Counted from the first letter of the whole stretch, positions 1 through 11,144 are shown. The stretch: 60,845 bases of DNA, filler included, from Sphacelaria rigidula (GCA_964200075.2; 10 parts of 10 records of this genome joined end to end with filler, not necessarily neighbours in it); one strand, 5' to 3'. A program made the numbers and translations. Notes: generated by a model not told the origin, from the sequence alone.

Positions 1-345
1 TGAGGTTCTCCCACGCCGCACAACATGATCTAGCTCGACTACCATCATGGTTACCGGGAAAAAAAAACAAGGGGTGGGGGGGGGTGATGTGGGAACCGCC
101 ACATGGAAGAAACAAATTCCTCCAAATGTCTGTCAAGGAATCATCTTTTCATAATAACTCTTTGATCGCCAGGGTAGGTGATTTGTTGAATCGGGATCAT
201 AACACTTGACAATCAGACATGTCAGTGTTTCATCGATTCACGTACCACATAAAAACATATTTCTACTAATAGCTGACTCTCGCTCAAATGATGGACTCTA
301 AATCTGGCAAAAAGGTTGTTGGTATCAAAGTGCAAGGCGTGTACT

Positions 346-719
346 CACACGCGGCCATTCGGCTACCCCCATGAAAAACCTCTATCGCGATTTTCATCCT
401 CTCGAGGGTTCTTTCTACCCTCGAGAGGGTAATTCATCCCCAGGTGCTGTCATGAACGAATTTTCTGCAGGGCATCTGATGCTCCAGTGACTTCTGAGGT
501 CTGAAGCCCTCGAGAGTAACAAAAAAGATGGTGATCGGAGGGCCGCGCATCCTCCAAATTCCTCCGGAGGATGCGCGGCCCTCCAGAGGCAAAACAAGCC
601 TCTGGAGGCGTTTGATCCCACCCCTCTGGAGGGCAACGCACCCTCTGGAGGCGTTCAATTCCTCTGGATACGTTGGCCGGAACAGAGTATTCTTGGGGGT
701 AGCCGAATGACCGCGTGTG
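346..719. mobile_element. Non-autonomous CMC/CACTA-like MITE, copy 1
   Basis: TIRs CACACGCGGCCATTCGGCTACCCCC / GGGGGTAGCCGAATGACCGCGTGTG. 2-bp TSD CT (344-345, 720-721). Internal CCTC(C/T)(A/G)GAGG repeats. Confidence 0.85.
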
Positions 720-967
720 CTATACCAGGGGAGAGGTGGGTTGTTCCCTGATGACCACAGACTCGTTCCGAGAAAGGTGACGACTTGAAATTGTGACTGG
801 GGGGAAAAAACGTTCTGCAGTGTGGAGCAGTCACAGGCACTCTTTCTTTGCTTGTCATGTACGGTACTCTGTCAAAACTTGTGAAGAATGGACAACGCCG
901 AGGACGAGAATGCTGTAGCTGCCCACAACGATTTACATGCACTGTAACTGCTACAGTGGCTGCTGAA

Positions 968-1283
968 GAGTCATCCTATGATAGGGGGAGGGGGAGGTAT
1001 TCGTGGCCTTTCCTTGCACGAAAATGCCACTTCAAATCGTCCTTGAAAGCAGGAACACCAACTGCTTCACATCGTTTCCACCCAAGTACAAGCACATAGC
1101 AAATGTATTAGTCGTCTGGCATATCTATGAGCCCCTGTTTTTCGTGGGAAAATCACCTCTCTTATCGAGCCTGGTCCGGCAAAAAACCGGCGTGATCCGT
1201 TCCGGCTTTGTAGAGATGCGAGGTCAACGGTCATATGACTACGGAATGCAAGATCATGAGTACACCTTATCGTAGGATCACTC
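968..1283. mobile_element. Sola-like MITE (GAG...CTC termini) with a nested SINE 3' fragment
   Basis: TIRs GAGTCATCCTATGATAGG / CCTTATCGTAGGATCACTC. 4-bp TSD TGAA (964-967, 1284-1287). A second left end starts at 48559 and is cut by the contig end. Confidence 0.8.
1167..1266 (+). mobile_element. 5'-truncated copy of the abundant SINE-like repeat
   Basis: Ends GATGCGAGGTCAACGGTCATATGACTACGGAATGCAAGATCATGAGTACACC, matching the family 3' end. Confidence 0.8.
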
Positions 1284-1879
1284 TGAACACGGCTATGTGA
1301 TTGTACATCAAATTACATCACGATTGCCGAGGCAAACCCCTTTCACGCATTGAAAGGGAATACACCATGAGCAAGTTCTTTGGCCACAAAGGATTATTTT
1401 ATCCCCATGAACACTGTCGCACCCGTGTGAGAAGCACCATTAATGTTGGAAGGAGGAAATGCCGATGTATTTAAACATTACTAGACGATATTTCGCGTAG
1501 CTACTCCAATGCAAAAGACCATACTATTGAGAAGGTCATGGGTCAGTACCAAGCACCCGACACTGTCGGCATATCTTTCCCATGTCGACCGCTCCAAAGC
1601 TACCCTGGCCGTTCTTGAAAGTCAGTTAACCGCGCTTCAACACGCCGTACCAGTGGCAACGCCTTCCACTCTATCCCCCGCTTTCAGGGGCTGACCTACG
1701 GGCTGGGCAGCGGCGGTTACATGTGCTCGTGTTTTATCTGTGCGCTACATACTTTGCTGTACCATCTGCTCATTGACTACTGATGGTCCGTCAGCCTAAA
1801 ATATGTTGTGCCAGCGAATCGACGTACTTTACGCACAAGGAGTGGGCATTGGGTTGGCGAGGACCCACTTTTGCAGAGC

Positions 1880-2046
1880 CAAAATGATTCGTGTTGTTTT
1901 TTATCTGACTCGATCTTTTGTTAGTTCACTGCGGTTGCTATTGTTGTTTTGCTTTAGCGAGTGTTTCTGTTTTGTTCGCCTTGGGTACGCCTATCTTGTG
2001 ATCACTGCTGGATCCGTCGGGGATCAGTTAATGTCCGACAATTAAA
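1880..2046 (+). mobile_element. Non-LTR retrotransposon 3' end (T-rich UTR, stem-loop, CAAT-type tail)
   Basis: T-rich tract followed by CTTGTGATCACTGCTGGATCCGTCGGGGATCAGTTAATGTCCGACAAT. Homologous ends at 8975-9035 (+), 11145-11200 (-), 17593-17670 (-) and 48965-49033 (+). Confidence 0.6.
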
Positions 2047-3448
2047 GGGGGAAAAAACATTTGGGACCGTTATGGCCATGAATGGTTCTCCTCATCCATT
2101 TTCTTGTCTGTACGTCGGTCTGTCCGCCCTTCCATTACCAAGCCCCGAACCATCCACTTTGTTGGGCCGAGTTGAGGCGAGGCCACGCGGCGGGAAATGA
2201 CCATCATGTCGCCCATCTAACATCACTTCACACGCTCTCAACAAGTTTCAGCTTCATCGGTGCTCCCGCGTTGTGTTCAGCTTGTGCGTCTAGACCCACT
2301 CAAGAACCGACCCAATCCAACTTTGTTCGAGGGGTATTATGAGGTTTGATCAGACTGGACTGCCGCAACTTAGATCAAATCATTTTAGGAGGGCTCAAGG
2401 TACTTCACACGCCCTAGTTTACATTAATTTATACGCCCTAGCTTCTTCTACCCCACCTCACCAGCACGACCACTGCAGGTTGTTCATGGGGAGCTGTCAG
2501 CAGTAGAGCATGCGAGTGATGCCGTGACACCCCCCCCATGAAAATGGCTAGTTTAAGGAGGCAAAACCTATATGTATACCGAAATCACAAGAGCCAAGCA
2601 CACCGAGCAGCTGGAAACTCTCGTGCTTGCGATGGTTCCGCCAATGTCGCCCAGATGACGGGCCTCATGAAACCTGAAATTAGCTATCGTGCGCTGTATG
2701 GCCATTTTCTTGGTGACTATTTTGGGACTGGTTTTGGGGGGGCTACCGCGGCATTACTCGTGGGATTGATCCCAACTTTTCTCCTCCTATTGCCGCTTTC
2801 CATGGCGACAAACGGCGATCGTACGGCGAGTGGTCCCGATCGCACAACGTGTTTGTGCGGTGTGTCGAATACCCCGCAATTTGTTTTGTGTCGGGCGGAA
2901 ATCGCCGAGGGTGTCGTCGCTAGTCTCCAGGTCGTAGAGAGAGATCAAATGAAGCGTTGGAGATGCCCTTCGGCCATTCGATTTTGTGCCGTACGGTGAC
3001 TCGGAGGGTGGCTTTGGGGAGCCGATAGTGGATAAAAGTGAGTACACTTCGGACAACGGGGGTAAAAAAATGGACAAAGGGGTTGTAGTTGGTGTGTTTA
3101 CCCACCTGATTGTCGGACAAAAGTGGGTACGCTGCGAGGCCCTTGTCCAGCGGTGCTGTTTGGTCCTAAATCACTCCCAAAAGTTCGCGAAAGTTGGTGC
3201 ACATGATCTGCATGAGCTGTGGGCGTGTTGCCTTTGCGTCGGGATTGAATTTTTAGTGGTTTGGGCCTAGCACGGGCAGCTCCAACTTCCGCGTTTACCT
3301 GTACCCATTTTTGAGCGAGCAAGTGGTGGATATACCCACTTTCGTCTATGAACAGGAGATGCTGCGAAATAGGAGCGAAAAAATAAATGTGGGGCTAGAA
3401 ACTGTGCGGAAAGGTTCCTCCCCCGCCTCCCGCCCCCCGCCTTCCCGC

Positions 3449-4780
3449 TGGATATCAGAAACACCCGATGGATTGCAGAAAAAAATAGAGAAGGCGCTAG
3501 AATACGCTAGGAAATGGAGAGTGACCACGAAGTTGAACAAATTCGCGGTACTTGCATGTAACGAGGATAAGGAAATCTCAGTACAGTTACAAATGGAAGT
3601 GACGAGAAGAGGAACTGCCGATCGTAAACCGCTATACATACCTTGGCGTAGAGATATCAAACTCATTGGTCTCGGGTTGCATACACAAATAAAGTAATGG
3701 AAAGGGGAAGACACAGATAGGCAAGGTGGCCGTGATCCCAAGGGACTCGCACCTAAATACTAGGATTGAGGAATGCATTCTGATGAATGTGATTGCACCA
3801 AAGCTGGCATATGCAGGAGAAGTACGGGCAGGGAACGCGAAGTTGGTGAAGGAGGTGGAAATATTACAGATGACAGCAGCTAAGAAAATACTTGGGTGCT
3901 CGAAAACGACGAGTGATACAGCATTGAGACCAGAGTTGGGAATGTATCTACCTGAAACAATAGACGTGAGAAAATTGAAATGGTAATAAAACATGAGGAG
4001 CATGCCAAGAAAGAGATTATCAGCCATACTTGATAGGGTTGTCCGGGAGAAAGTGTCGAGAGAGCAGGCTGTAATAAGGCGGGATAGCGCAGGCGAGAAG
4101 GTATGGAGGGACACATGAGAAAAACCAAGACGATATTTGATGTCCATAAGTGAATGCGGGGGGTATACAAGACAAAAGCATGAGACGTGATAAAAATAGG
4201 GGAAAAAGAAACGCCAAGGCGGGAAGTAGATGAGGAAGAGCACCTGAAGGTATACGGCGGCTTGATAGATTGGATCGGGATGACAACACATCTTCATGGT
4301 CCACTGGACTCCCCGAATGAATTGAAACTGCGATTTCGGGTGGGGGACCTGGACCGCCAGAAAGAAGAAAGAGATATACCAGTAGTCGAGTGGAGGAGGA
4401 AGTATATGCACAGAATTGCTTCAGTGGCAATGCAATAGAGAGCAGAACAAAAATAATGGCAGAATGTGAACTATACGAGGAGTAACGGGGCGTGCTGGAG
4501 GAGAAATGTGGGCACTAAATCAAGGTGGCATGAAATCGTATGATACATTAGACAGTAGTCAGAAAGCGATCGCTATTCTAGGAGATGGACGGTAGCCACA
4601 GATGGCGAAACAGGGAGGGAATAAGATGTGTTGAAAGCTTTTGTGTAATGTATGGAAGAAACGTAGTGAGTGCCCAAATGTTGGAGGTATCTCTGTTAGG
4701 AGTAGGAACGGTGCTCCGTCTCGAAAGGGATGCGTGGTCAATGGTCAAACGACCAAGGCAAGTAACAGACGAGGACGCCC
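3449..4780 (+). mobile_element. 5'-truncated, decayed LINE: C-terminal part of reverse transcriptase plus 3' UTR
   Basis: Frameshifted peptides SETPDGLQKKIEKALEYARKWRV, YTYLGVEIS and IAPKLAYAGEV...LQMTAAKKILGCSKTTSDTALRPELG are typical post-YADD non-LTR RT motifs. The element ends in a C-run and is flanked by C-rich sequence on both sides. Confidence 0.85.
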
Positions 4781-4874
4781 CCCCTCCCCTTCTCGCCGGT
4801 CTCGTTTTCTTTTACGACCGTACTTGTTCCCTCCCCGGCCTCGATTTTTGTTTCCTCCTCCCCCCTCCGATCGT

Positions 4875-4927
4875 AGGGATGCGAGGTCTATGGTCTTGTG
4901 ACTATGGCATGCATGATCATGAGTACA
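4875..4927 (+). mobile_element. 53-bp SINE-tail insertion with 13-bp TSD
   Basis: TSD CCCCTCCGATCGT at 4862-4874 and 4928-4940. Confidence 0.85.
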
Positions 4928-5115
4928 CCCCTCCGATCGTTCTCTACCTTTTATGGTGCTCGGGTTTCGCGAAATCCTACCAGGTACTGTCTGCTTTCGA
5001 AGGTGAGTGATGCCGCGATAGCCCCCCTTGAAAAAATGACTGGTTTGAGGAGATAAACTCTGGACGTGAATTAAAACGGCAAATGTCGAGCACACCGAGT
5101 AGCTGGGAACTCCCA

Positions 5116-5469
5116 CACACGTGGCCATTTGGTTATCCCCCATAATGCCTCCAGAGGGATACGCGGCCCTCCCGACGCGAAACAAGCCCCCGGAGGCCTT
5201 CAACCCCTCTGGAGGAAACCAAACACTACCGCCTTGGAGGGCCGCGCACCCCTTCCGAGGTATTTGGGGATAGCAAAATGCCTCAGGAGGAATGCGCGCC
5301 CCTCCAGAGGCAAAAACAAGCCTGCAGAGGCGTAAAATCCCTCTGGAGGAACCCGAAAAATACTGCTCTGGAGGGCCACGCACCCCTCCGGAGGCGTTTA
5401 ATTCCTCTGGAGGTTCGAAAAGTTGACCGTCCTGAAGGAATTTTCGGGGTAGTCAAATGGCCGCGTATG
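5116..5469. mobile_element. Non-autonomous CMC/CACTA-like MITE, copy 2
   Basis: TIRs CACACGTGGCCATTTGGTTATCCCC / CGGGGTAGTCAAATGGCCGCGTATG. 2-bp TSD CA (5114-5115, 5470-5471). Many CCTCYRGAGG repeats. Confidence 0.85.
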
Positions 5470-5995
5470 CATGCTTGGGATCATTTTCGTACATATGGCC
5501 TATATAGGGCGTTCCAGCAGTCTGAAACCACCTATTATTCTTCGCTGTATGACCCTTTTCTTTGTGGCAGTTTCGGGGCGGGGTATAAAGGGGGTATCGC
5601 GACATCACTCGGTAATTTCTTGGAGAGTAGACGCGAGCCGAACATTGAAAGTAAGGCACACCTTGCATAGACGATGACTCTATCATGGTGAAGAGCCGTA
5701 CCCGGAAGTTGCGGGGCTACTCAAAGGTATCTTAGGGGTATCATTATCATTTCCATCAAATTTCATCATGATGAGGTTGTCGCTTTCATGTAACATGCCG
5801 AAGCACGTCCACTCTCCTAGGAAGTAGTACTTTCGAAGGCAGACAGAGCAGAAATCCCATTTTTTTTGGCCATGTAAACTGCTCGATGGGAGTAGGAGTT
5901 CGCACAATCCGAGCATCACAAAAAAAAGGTAGAGAGCGACCGGGGGGGGGGGGGGGGGGGGGGGGGGAGTGAAAAAAAAAAAAGAGGAAGAGGGG

Positions 5996-6095
5996 NNNNN
6001 NNNNNNNNNNNNNNNNNNNNNNNNNNNNNNNNNNNNNNNTTAATTAATTAANNNNNNNNNNNNNNNNNNNNNNNNNNNNNNNNNNNNNNNNNNNN
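5996..6095. other. Artificial contig-joining spacer (first of nine; others at 12091-12190, 18186-18285, 24281-24380, 30376-30475, 36470-36569, 42564-42663, 48658-48757, 54752-54851)
   Basis: Identical 44N-TTAATTAATTAA-44N blocks with stops in all six frames. They separate pieces of 5995/5994 bp, consistent with length-sorted contigs. Confidence 0.99.
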
Positions 6096-6692
6096 GACAC
6101 TGTACTCGAAGGATTGTTCACCGCCTGCCTGCTCTTCGGCTTTATGCACGACCACGCAGTACCACACACATGCAGAAAATGACCGTTTGTGTACAGAACC
6201 GTTTTACAAATCTGTGATACCGTACCATCTGTGCCATAAAACGGTCCTCCCGATTTTCTTCAAAATCGGGGCCCCAAAAATATCGAGATTCGTTGCCATA
6301 AAAGTGGGTCTTACTACGAGAGAACATTGTTAGTACCGGTGGATACATGAACGGACGTAACTCGAGCGTTGCGATGTTGATTATTTCAACAACCAATAGC
6401 TCGGATGAACCGCAAGGTTCCCGCGGTCAGCGATCAGCGACAGAAAAAAAAGATACACAGAAGAAACTAAGACCCATTTCGTGACTTTTTCCTGTTAGCG
6501 TCCCTCCAACCAATCCTATATACTACTTTTGGTAATACTCCTATTATTCATAACGATAATACCACGTAATAGGTAGCTCTTGAGCCGCCCGACGTGGGAA
6601 ACTATGACGATATATCTCTCTGTATATATTACCCGTATCTCTCTGTGTGTTGCATTACGTTTCAAGAGCAAAAGCTGATACCATTCGGTCAA

Positions 6693-6793
6693 CCCTTTGA
6701 CCTTGAGGGTAGGTCACCTGCGGAATCAGCATCAATTTCACTTGAAAAAAGTATGAGTGATCCGAATGGGCTACCCGCATCGCGGTCCAAGGG
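6693..6793. mobile_element. piggyBac-like MITE family A (~100 bp)
   Basis: CCCTTTGACC...GGTCCAAGGG termini, TCAA on both sides, homologous to 12440-12536. Confidence 0.8.
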
Positions 6794-7156
6794 TCAAGGT
6801 CTGGATCTACAGAAAACATTTTCCACAGGTAATTGATTATCTGACCGGCTCTCACGGCGGGCTTTGACTCCTCTGTTCGTTCGGGCCATCCATCTGCTTC
6901 TGCTTGTTGGCTAGAGAATCATTGGCCTTCAAAAATACATCGGTAGACGACACTTCGTGCACGACAACATATGGACATGAAAAAAAAACAAGCGACAAAA
7001 GCGAGCACCAACATTAACTTTAACGAGGTCGAGGCAATTTTTAAGTTAAAAACAGATAGACCATACTTGCAGGAGGTTCTCGCGAAATTCTGATTCTGCA
7101 GCTTCAGACGCTGACTGAATGGTAGTTACGACAGTATGTGTGTTGGCAAACTATTG

Positions 7157-7500
7157 CAAGGACAGATCGGGTAGGTCATATACTTTCGATTACACGCTAT
7201 AATATACCCGGGTCTTCGTTCTACCGAAATTTTGGGTGGATTGGGTGCAATCTCAATACTCTACCCTAAAATCGGGTATATTATCTCAGCAGTACCCGGG
7301 TACAGAGCATCACCTGGGTATGACCTCAATACTCTACTCCAATTTTGGGTAGAGTTGGGTAGGATCTCAATACCCTACCCACATGTTTGGGCCAATTTCG
7401 GTGCGATCTTATTTCACTCTCCACCCCCTTTTGCAAGTGCTAAACGTGCGAACTTTCGAAATACCCGGGTAAAGGGTAAACCCCTCCCGACCTGCCCTTG
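7157..7500. mobile_element. hAT-like non-autonomous element with ATACTCTACCC subterminal repeats
   Basis: Termini CAAGGACAGATCGGG / CCCGACCTGCCCTTG, same family as 19413-20248. TSD degenerate. Confidence 0.7.
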
Positions 7501-7549
7501 ATATTTTGTTCCGAAAAAGCGGCCTCGCGCCGAAAAGACCCGATTCTGT

Positions 7550-7850
7550 GTTCGGGTAAAATCGATGTTTTGTGCAGAAGCGGGAAGAATTTTCCCAGAT
7601 GTTTACAGTGGTTGCAGTATCTAGAAGCCATTTCATAACAGTGACCTGCAAGATTTGCCTGTGTGATGAGCCAGGTGAGTCAATTCAGTGTGGGAGAAGC
7701 AGTAAGGTACAAGGGCAAGTGCATCCACGGTGAAGGGACAATAACGGTGTCCGAGTTGAAGTCGCGGTTTATGAGATCCGGGAGACGGGTGTGGTGCGAC
7801 TATCAGTTGGTGACACCATCGCGAATCGATGTTGTCTGAGTTATTTTTTT
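7550..7850 (-). repeat. Interspersed repeat, reverse-complement homolog of ~14820-15110
   Basis: Shared blocks such as AACATCGATTCGCGATG.TGTCACCAACTGATAGTCGCACCACACCCGT and GATACTGCAACCACTGTAAACAT. Confidence 0.8.
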
Positions 7851-7946
7851 TACGGGGTACGAGCGACGTCACCAAGTAACAAAATCAAGAGGGCATCACC
7901 GAATCACGAAGTCAGGCCGACGGGGCTGCACAAAGATTGAACTCAC

Positions 7947-8080
7947 CAGGCCTAGCGCCACCCCCAGGGTATCGCACACCACGGTGGTGAACAGGCCGTC
8001 GTCCCGGTCCGTCTTGAGGCACGCGATGAACGAGCTCGTTGCGTCCACGTTTGGAGCGGTACATCCGTTTAACCTGAGAC
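7947..8080 (-). CDS. HIS4: Internal exon of a HIS4-type histidine biosynthesis multifunctional protein (start of the phosphoribosyl-AMP cyclohydrolase/HisI domain)
   Basis: Translation ...SSFIACLKTDRDDGLFTTVVCDTLGVALGL resembles the fungal His4 motif TDRxDGL(Y/F)TT(L/V)VxD...LGL-VYSS. Acceptor CACCAG|G (an alternative acceptor would start the exon at 8073). Donor CTG|GTGAGT in phase 0, exactly before the expected VYSS. Confidence 0.85.
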
Positions 8081-8789
8081 CTGGTGTGTGTGTGTTTGTG
8101 AGGGGGGGGGGGGGGGGTGGGGACAAAAAAGCCCGGGGGGAACAAAAAGGCAAACTGTAAAAAAAACCCGAAAAACANNNNNNNNNNAGGGGTGGCTGGT
8201 CGGGGTGTAGCGTGGGTCTGTTTGTAAGGGGGAGGGGGGTGGGGAGGGGGGGGGAGGGGGGGGGGGGGGGGGTTGAGATAAAAGAGACCGGGGGAAGAAC
8301 AAAGGCAAACGTATACAAAAACGCGAACACAAGGCAAGAGAAAGAAAGAAAGAAAGAAAGAAAAACAGTCAATTCGGTCAGTGAGTGAGCATGATGGCAA
8401 AGAAATGAACGTAGAATTCATCTTTCACCTCTTGACTGAGTGAGTGCACTTGGTGTGTGAGGATCAACTTTTCTCAGTTGCAGCCCACAAACATACATAC
8501 ACATGCTGTTGTTCTTGTTCCTAACATTAGCCCTCTTCCAGAAATAATAAATCTAGCACCCGTTATTGCAAAGCCGTGGCAAAAAAGACAGAATACAAGA
8601 CGAAAAATCAACAATACGCCCACGAACAACTTGTGCCCAACCATCATCAGAATACAGTTCCCGCCGAGGCCTACTTTCAGCATTTTTTGCAACCTGGTAG
8701 ATGCCTTGGTACAAAGCAAGGCCCTGCACTACCACGAGATCCCTTGTACATCCCGAAAAATAATGTTTTCGCGACATATTGGAAGAAAA

Positions 8790-9035
8790 AAACATCTTCA
8801 TTTTATTTCTCCCCTCTATATTCCTCATATATTGCGCGTACAGCTCTTGTTCTTATTATAGTTTAGTTTTTAGTACTCCATGTGTGCTGTCCCTCATTTC
8901 ATTTCTTCCCTTCTCAAGTTTCCTCCTCCACTTTTTAGCGATTTGTTTCGTATTATTTACCTCGTGCCCGTCTAACTTGTGAAAACGGCTGGATCCCTTC
9001 AAGGATCATCTAGTGTCCGACAATCAACCGATCAG
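8790..9035 (+). mobile_element. Non-LTR retrotransposon 3' end
   Basis: T-rich UTR followed by CTTGTGAAAACGGCTGGATCCCTTCAAGGATCATCTAGTGTCCGACAATCAAC. Confidence 0.55.
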
Positions 9036-9097
9036 CTTACGCCGTGTCTTCGCAGATAATTCTTCGATCGAAAAGGTGCGGTAGGAGAGTAAAATCC

Positions 9098-9460
9098 AGA
9101 GTTGTGAACTGGTTGCTAGTCCACCTGACCAGTTACAGTCGACTGGTGCAACTGGTTAACTGATCGGCTTTGTAGCCGGTTGAACCAGTTAGTTCACCCG
9201 ACATATGTCATACTCCAAAGTGTTCTGTGTACATATGCGTCATATTCAAGCCAATATTTTTGAAGTATTGTCGTACTAAATGACCGTGGGGATGCTGTCA
9301 CAGAGGTGAGTACATGACCGCACAGCGCACGCACCGAGACGTAGACACGAATATCGCAGGCAACGCTGACCAAGTCGCGGGGCGGTTTCGCTGCCAGTTA
9401 TCCAGTTTTAGCTGATAACTGTAACTGGTTGTAATTTTTTGCAACCAGTTAATTGGTTAT
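9098..9460. repeat. Probable MITE remnant with clustered AACTGGTT/AACCAGTT motifs at both ends
   Basis: Multiple ACTGGT/ACCAGT motifs in 9108-9192 and 9394-9460. Termini not resolved. Confidence 0.4.
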
Positions 9461-9580
9461 CTGATGGGTCGTTGTGTCAACAAATGTGACGTCGACATCT
9501 ATGGCGATCCCATCAAATCGGAATTTGTGAAGTGACAAAACCTATCTGATTGGATAATTTCTTTTCCCACCACACTTTCA

Positions 9581-9703
9581 CCCTATTGGGACGCATTGAC
9601 GATTTCTGTTTGTGTGAATCGGCATCAATTTCAGCCATTTTCAAGTCAAAATGATGCCGTTTCACAAAAACAAAAATCGTCAAATGGGCTGGTTCCCAAT
9701 GGG
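9581..9703. mobile_element. piggyBac-like palindromic MITE family B
   Basis: CCCTATTGGGA...TTCCCAATGGG, largely self-complementary, flanked by TTCA/TTGA. Homolog at 54204-54321. Confidence 0.75.
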
Positions 9704-9707
9704 TTGA

Positions 9708-9807
9708 CCCTTAGACTGCGAGGAGGGTAGTCCATCTGGATCACGCATACGTCTTCAAGTGGAATTGATGCCGATTCAACAGGTAACCTATTCTCGCCGT
9801 CTAATGG
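9708..9807. mobile_element. piggyBac-like MITE family A, adjacent to the family B copy
   Basis: CCCTTAGACTGCGAG...CTCGCCGTCTAATGG, flanked by TTGA/TTAA. Confidence 0.75.
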
Positions 9808-10185
9808 TTAAGACACGTCCTTCGTGACCTCACCGTTGCCGACCCCCACATTATGGTGCCAACCGACACTGAGAAACGTTGATGACGAGTATATCCTTGA
9901 AACCTCCGAGATCTCGGCAACTCTTCCAATTCTGAGACAGATAAACTTCCGGTGTGCCATAAGTCCGTTATGGGGTGCACAGACTGCTACCTCTCCAACA
10001 GAGATGCTCACGATCCTTTAGTTAGGCTTGTTGTAGGAAATATATGTACTTGTGGAGATGCGCTTTGAGAGAACGAAAAAAAACGAAAATTTTCATATAT
10101 GGTACATAAATTCGGGTGAGAGTTGACCAAACTTTGGCCATTAAATTAAAATCCGTTTTTCTTGCCGAACTCGGGGCCAATTTTT

Positions 10186-10445
10186 CGAGGGTCGGACGAA
10201 TTGATGATTCGCCTGTAAATTACTTGATTTTAGTACAGTTGATTCGTGCCGTACGAATCAATCAAGACCTTGTTTTCAGCGCCCAGGTAAGCGCAGACCA
10301 GACAAGTGGAATGGCGCAAAAATTGCGTGGAGACTTTTTTTTACCAGCGGTCAACGTTTTTCCTCTCTCTCAAGCAATCAGAGGCCTGAAAAATCTGGAT
10401 TTGGTTATTCGAACCGGCGATGATTCGTCCAAACCGTGCAGTTTA
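10186..10445 (+). repeat. End of a repeat family beginning AGGGTCGGACGAAT (hAT-like terminus)
   Basis: Homologous to 12024-12090, 12191-12257, 40471-40730, 41660-41922 (-) and 54685-54747 (-). Confidence 0.6.
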
Positions 10446-10613
10446 TTCTCCCATTTTTCGTCCTGGACAGAAGTGATGGCGTGAACGAAGTGGTTTCGAA
10501 CGAGGCGTACCTACAGTGGCCACTGTAAAAGAAGTAAGTAAGCTGAGAGTATCTTGCTACGGTAGGGGTGTACAAATTTTTTTCTGGGCCGGCATGAGGG
10601 AGTCAAGATACCA

Positions 10614-10824
10614 CATACTCTGGATGAGAACAATATATGGTCAATAGTTGTAATAGAGGTTAATGTCCTGTATGAAGTATAGGCCTTTTGTAACTCTTGT
10701 CCGCCGACCTATTATCACAACTATTTTTGCGGCGGACAATAGTTGCAATAGGCCTATACTTTATGTAGTACATTAACTTGTATTGCAATAATTTACCATA
10801 TATATTGCCATTATTCAGGGTGTG
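10614..10824. mobile_element. Palindromic MITE (CACACCCTG-type TIR); second copy 10957-11143
   Basis: CATACTCTGGAT...TATATGGTCAATAGTTG versus ...ATTCAGGGTGTG. Flanked by direct repeat CAAGATACCA (10604-10613, 10825-10834). Confidence 0.65.
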
Positions 10825-11144
10825 CAAGATACCACACGCTCGCGCCACTGGCACTTGTGCAATTAGGACGGGACTTGAGTCTGAACGTAAGGAAATTCTC
10901 TCACGGGCAAATAAACCAAATAATATGCATGTAAAAACACAAAATGCCATATGTTTCACACCCTGTACAAACTATAACTATACGGTCAATAGTTGCAACA
11001 GACAGGAAAATAAACTGGGTCAAGTATAGGCCTATTGCAACTTTTGTCAACTGAGTAGTCGACAATAGTTGCAATCGACCTATACTTAACCCAGTACATG
11101 TTTTGTCTATTGTATCTATTGGCCGTATGTTATCCAGGGTGCGC

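Noticed and set aside
1995..2046. Possible hammerhead ribozyme in the retroposon tail hairpin
   Set aside because: The CUGANGA and GAAA core motifs are not present in the required arrangement.
3632..4430. Long minus-strand ORFs (259 aa, 136 aa)
   Set aside because: They are antisense shadows of the plus-strand LINE.
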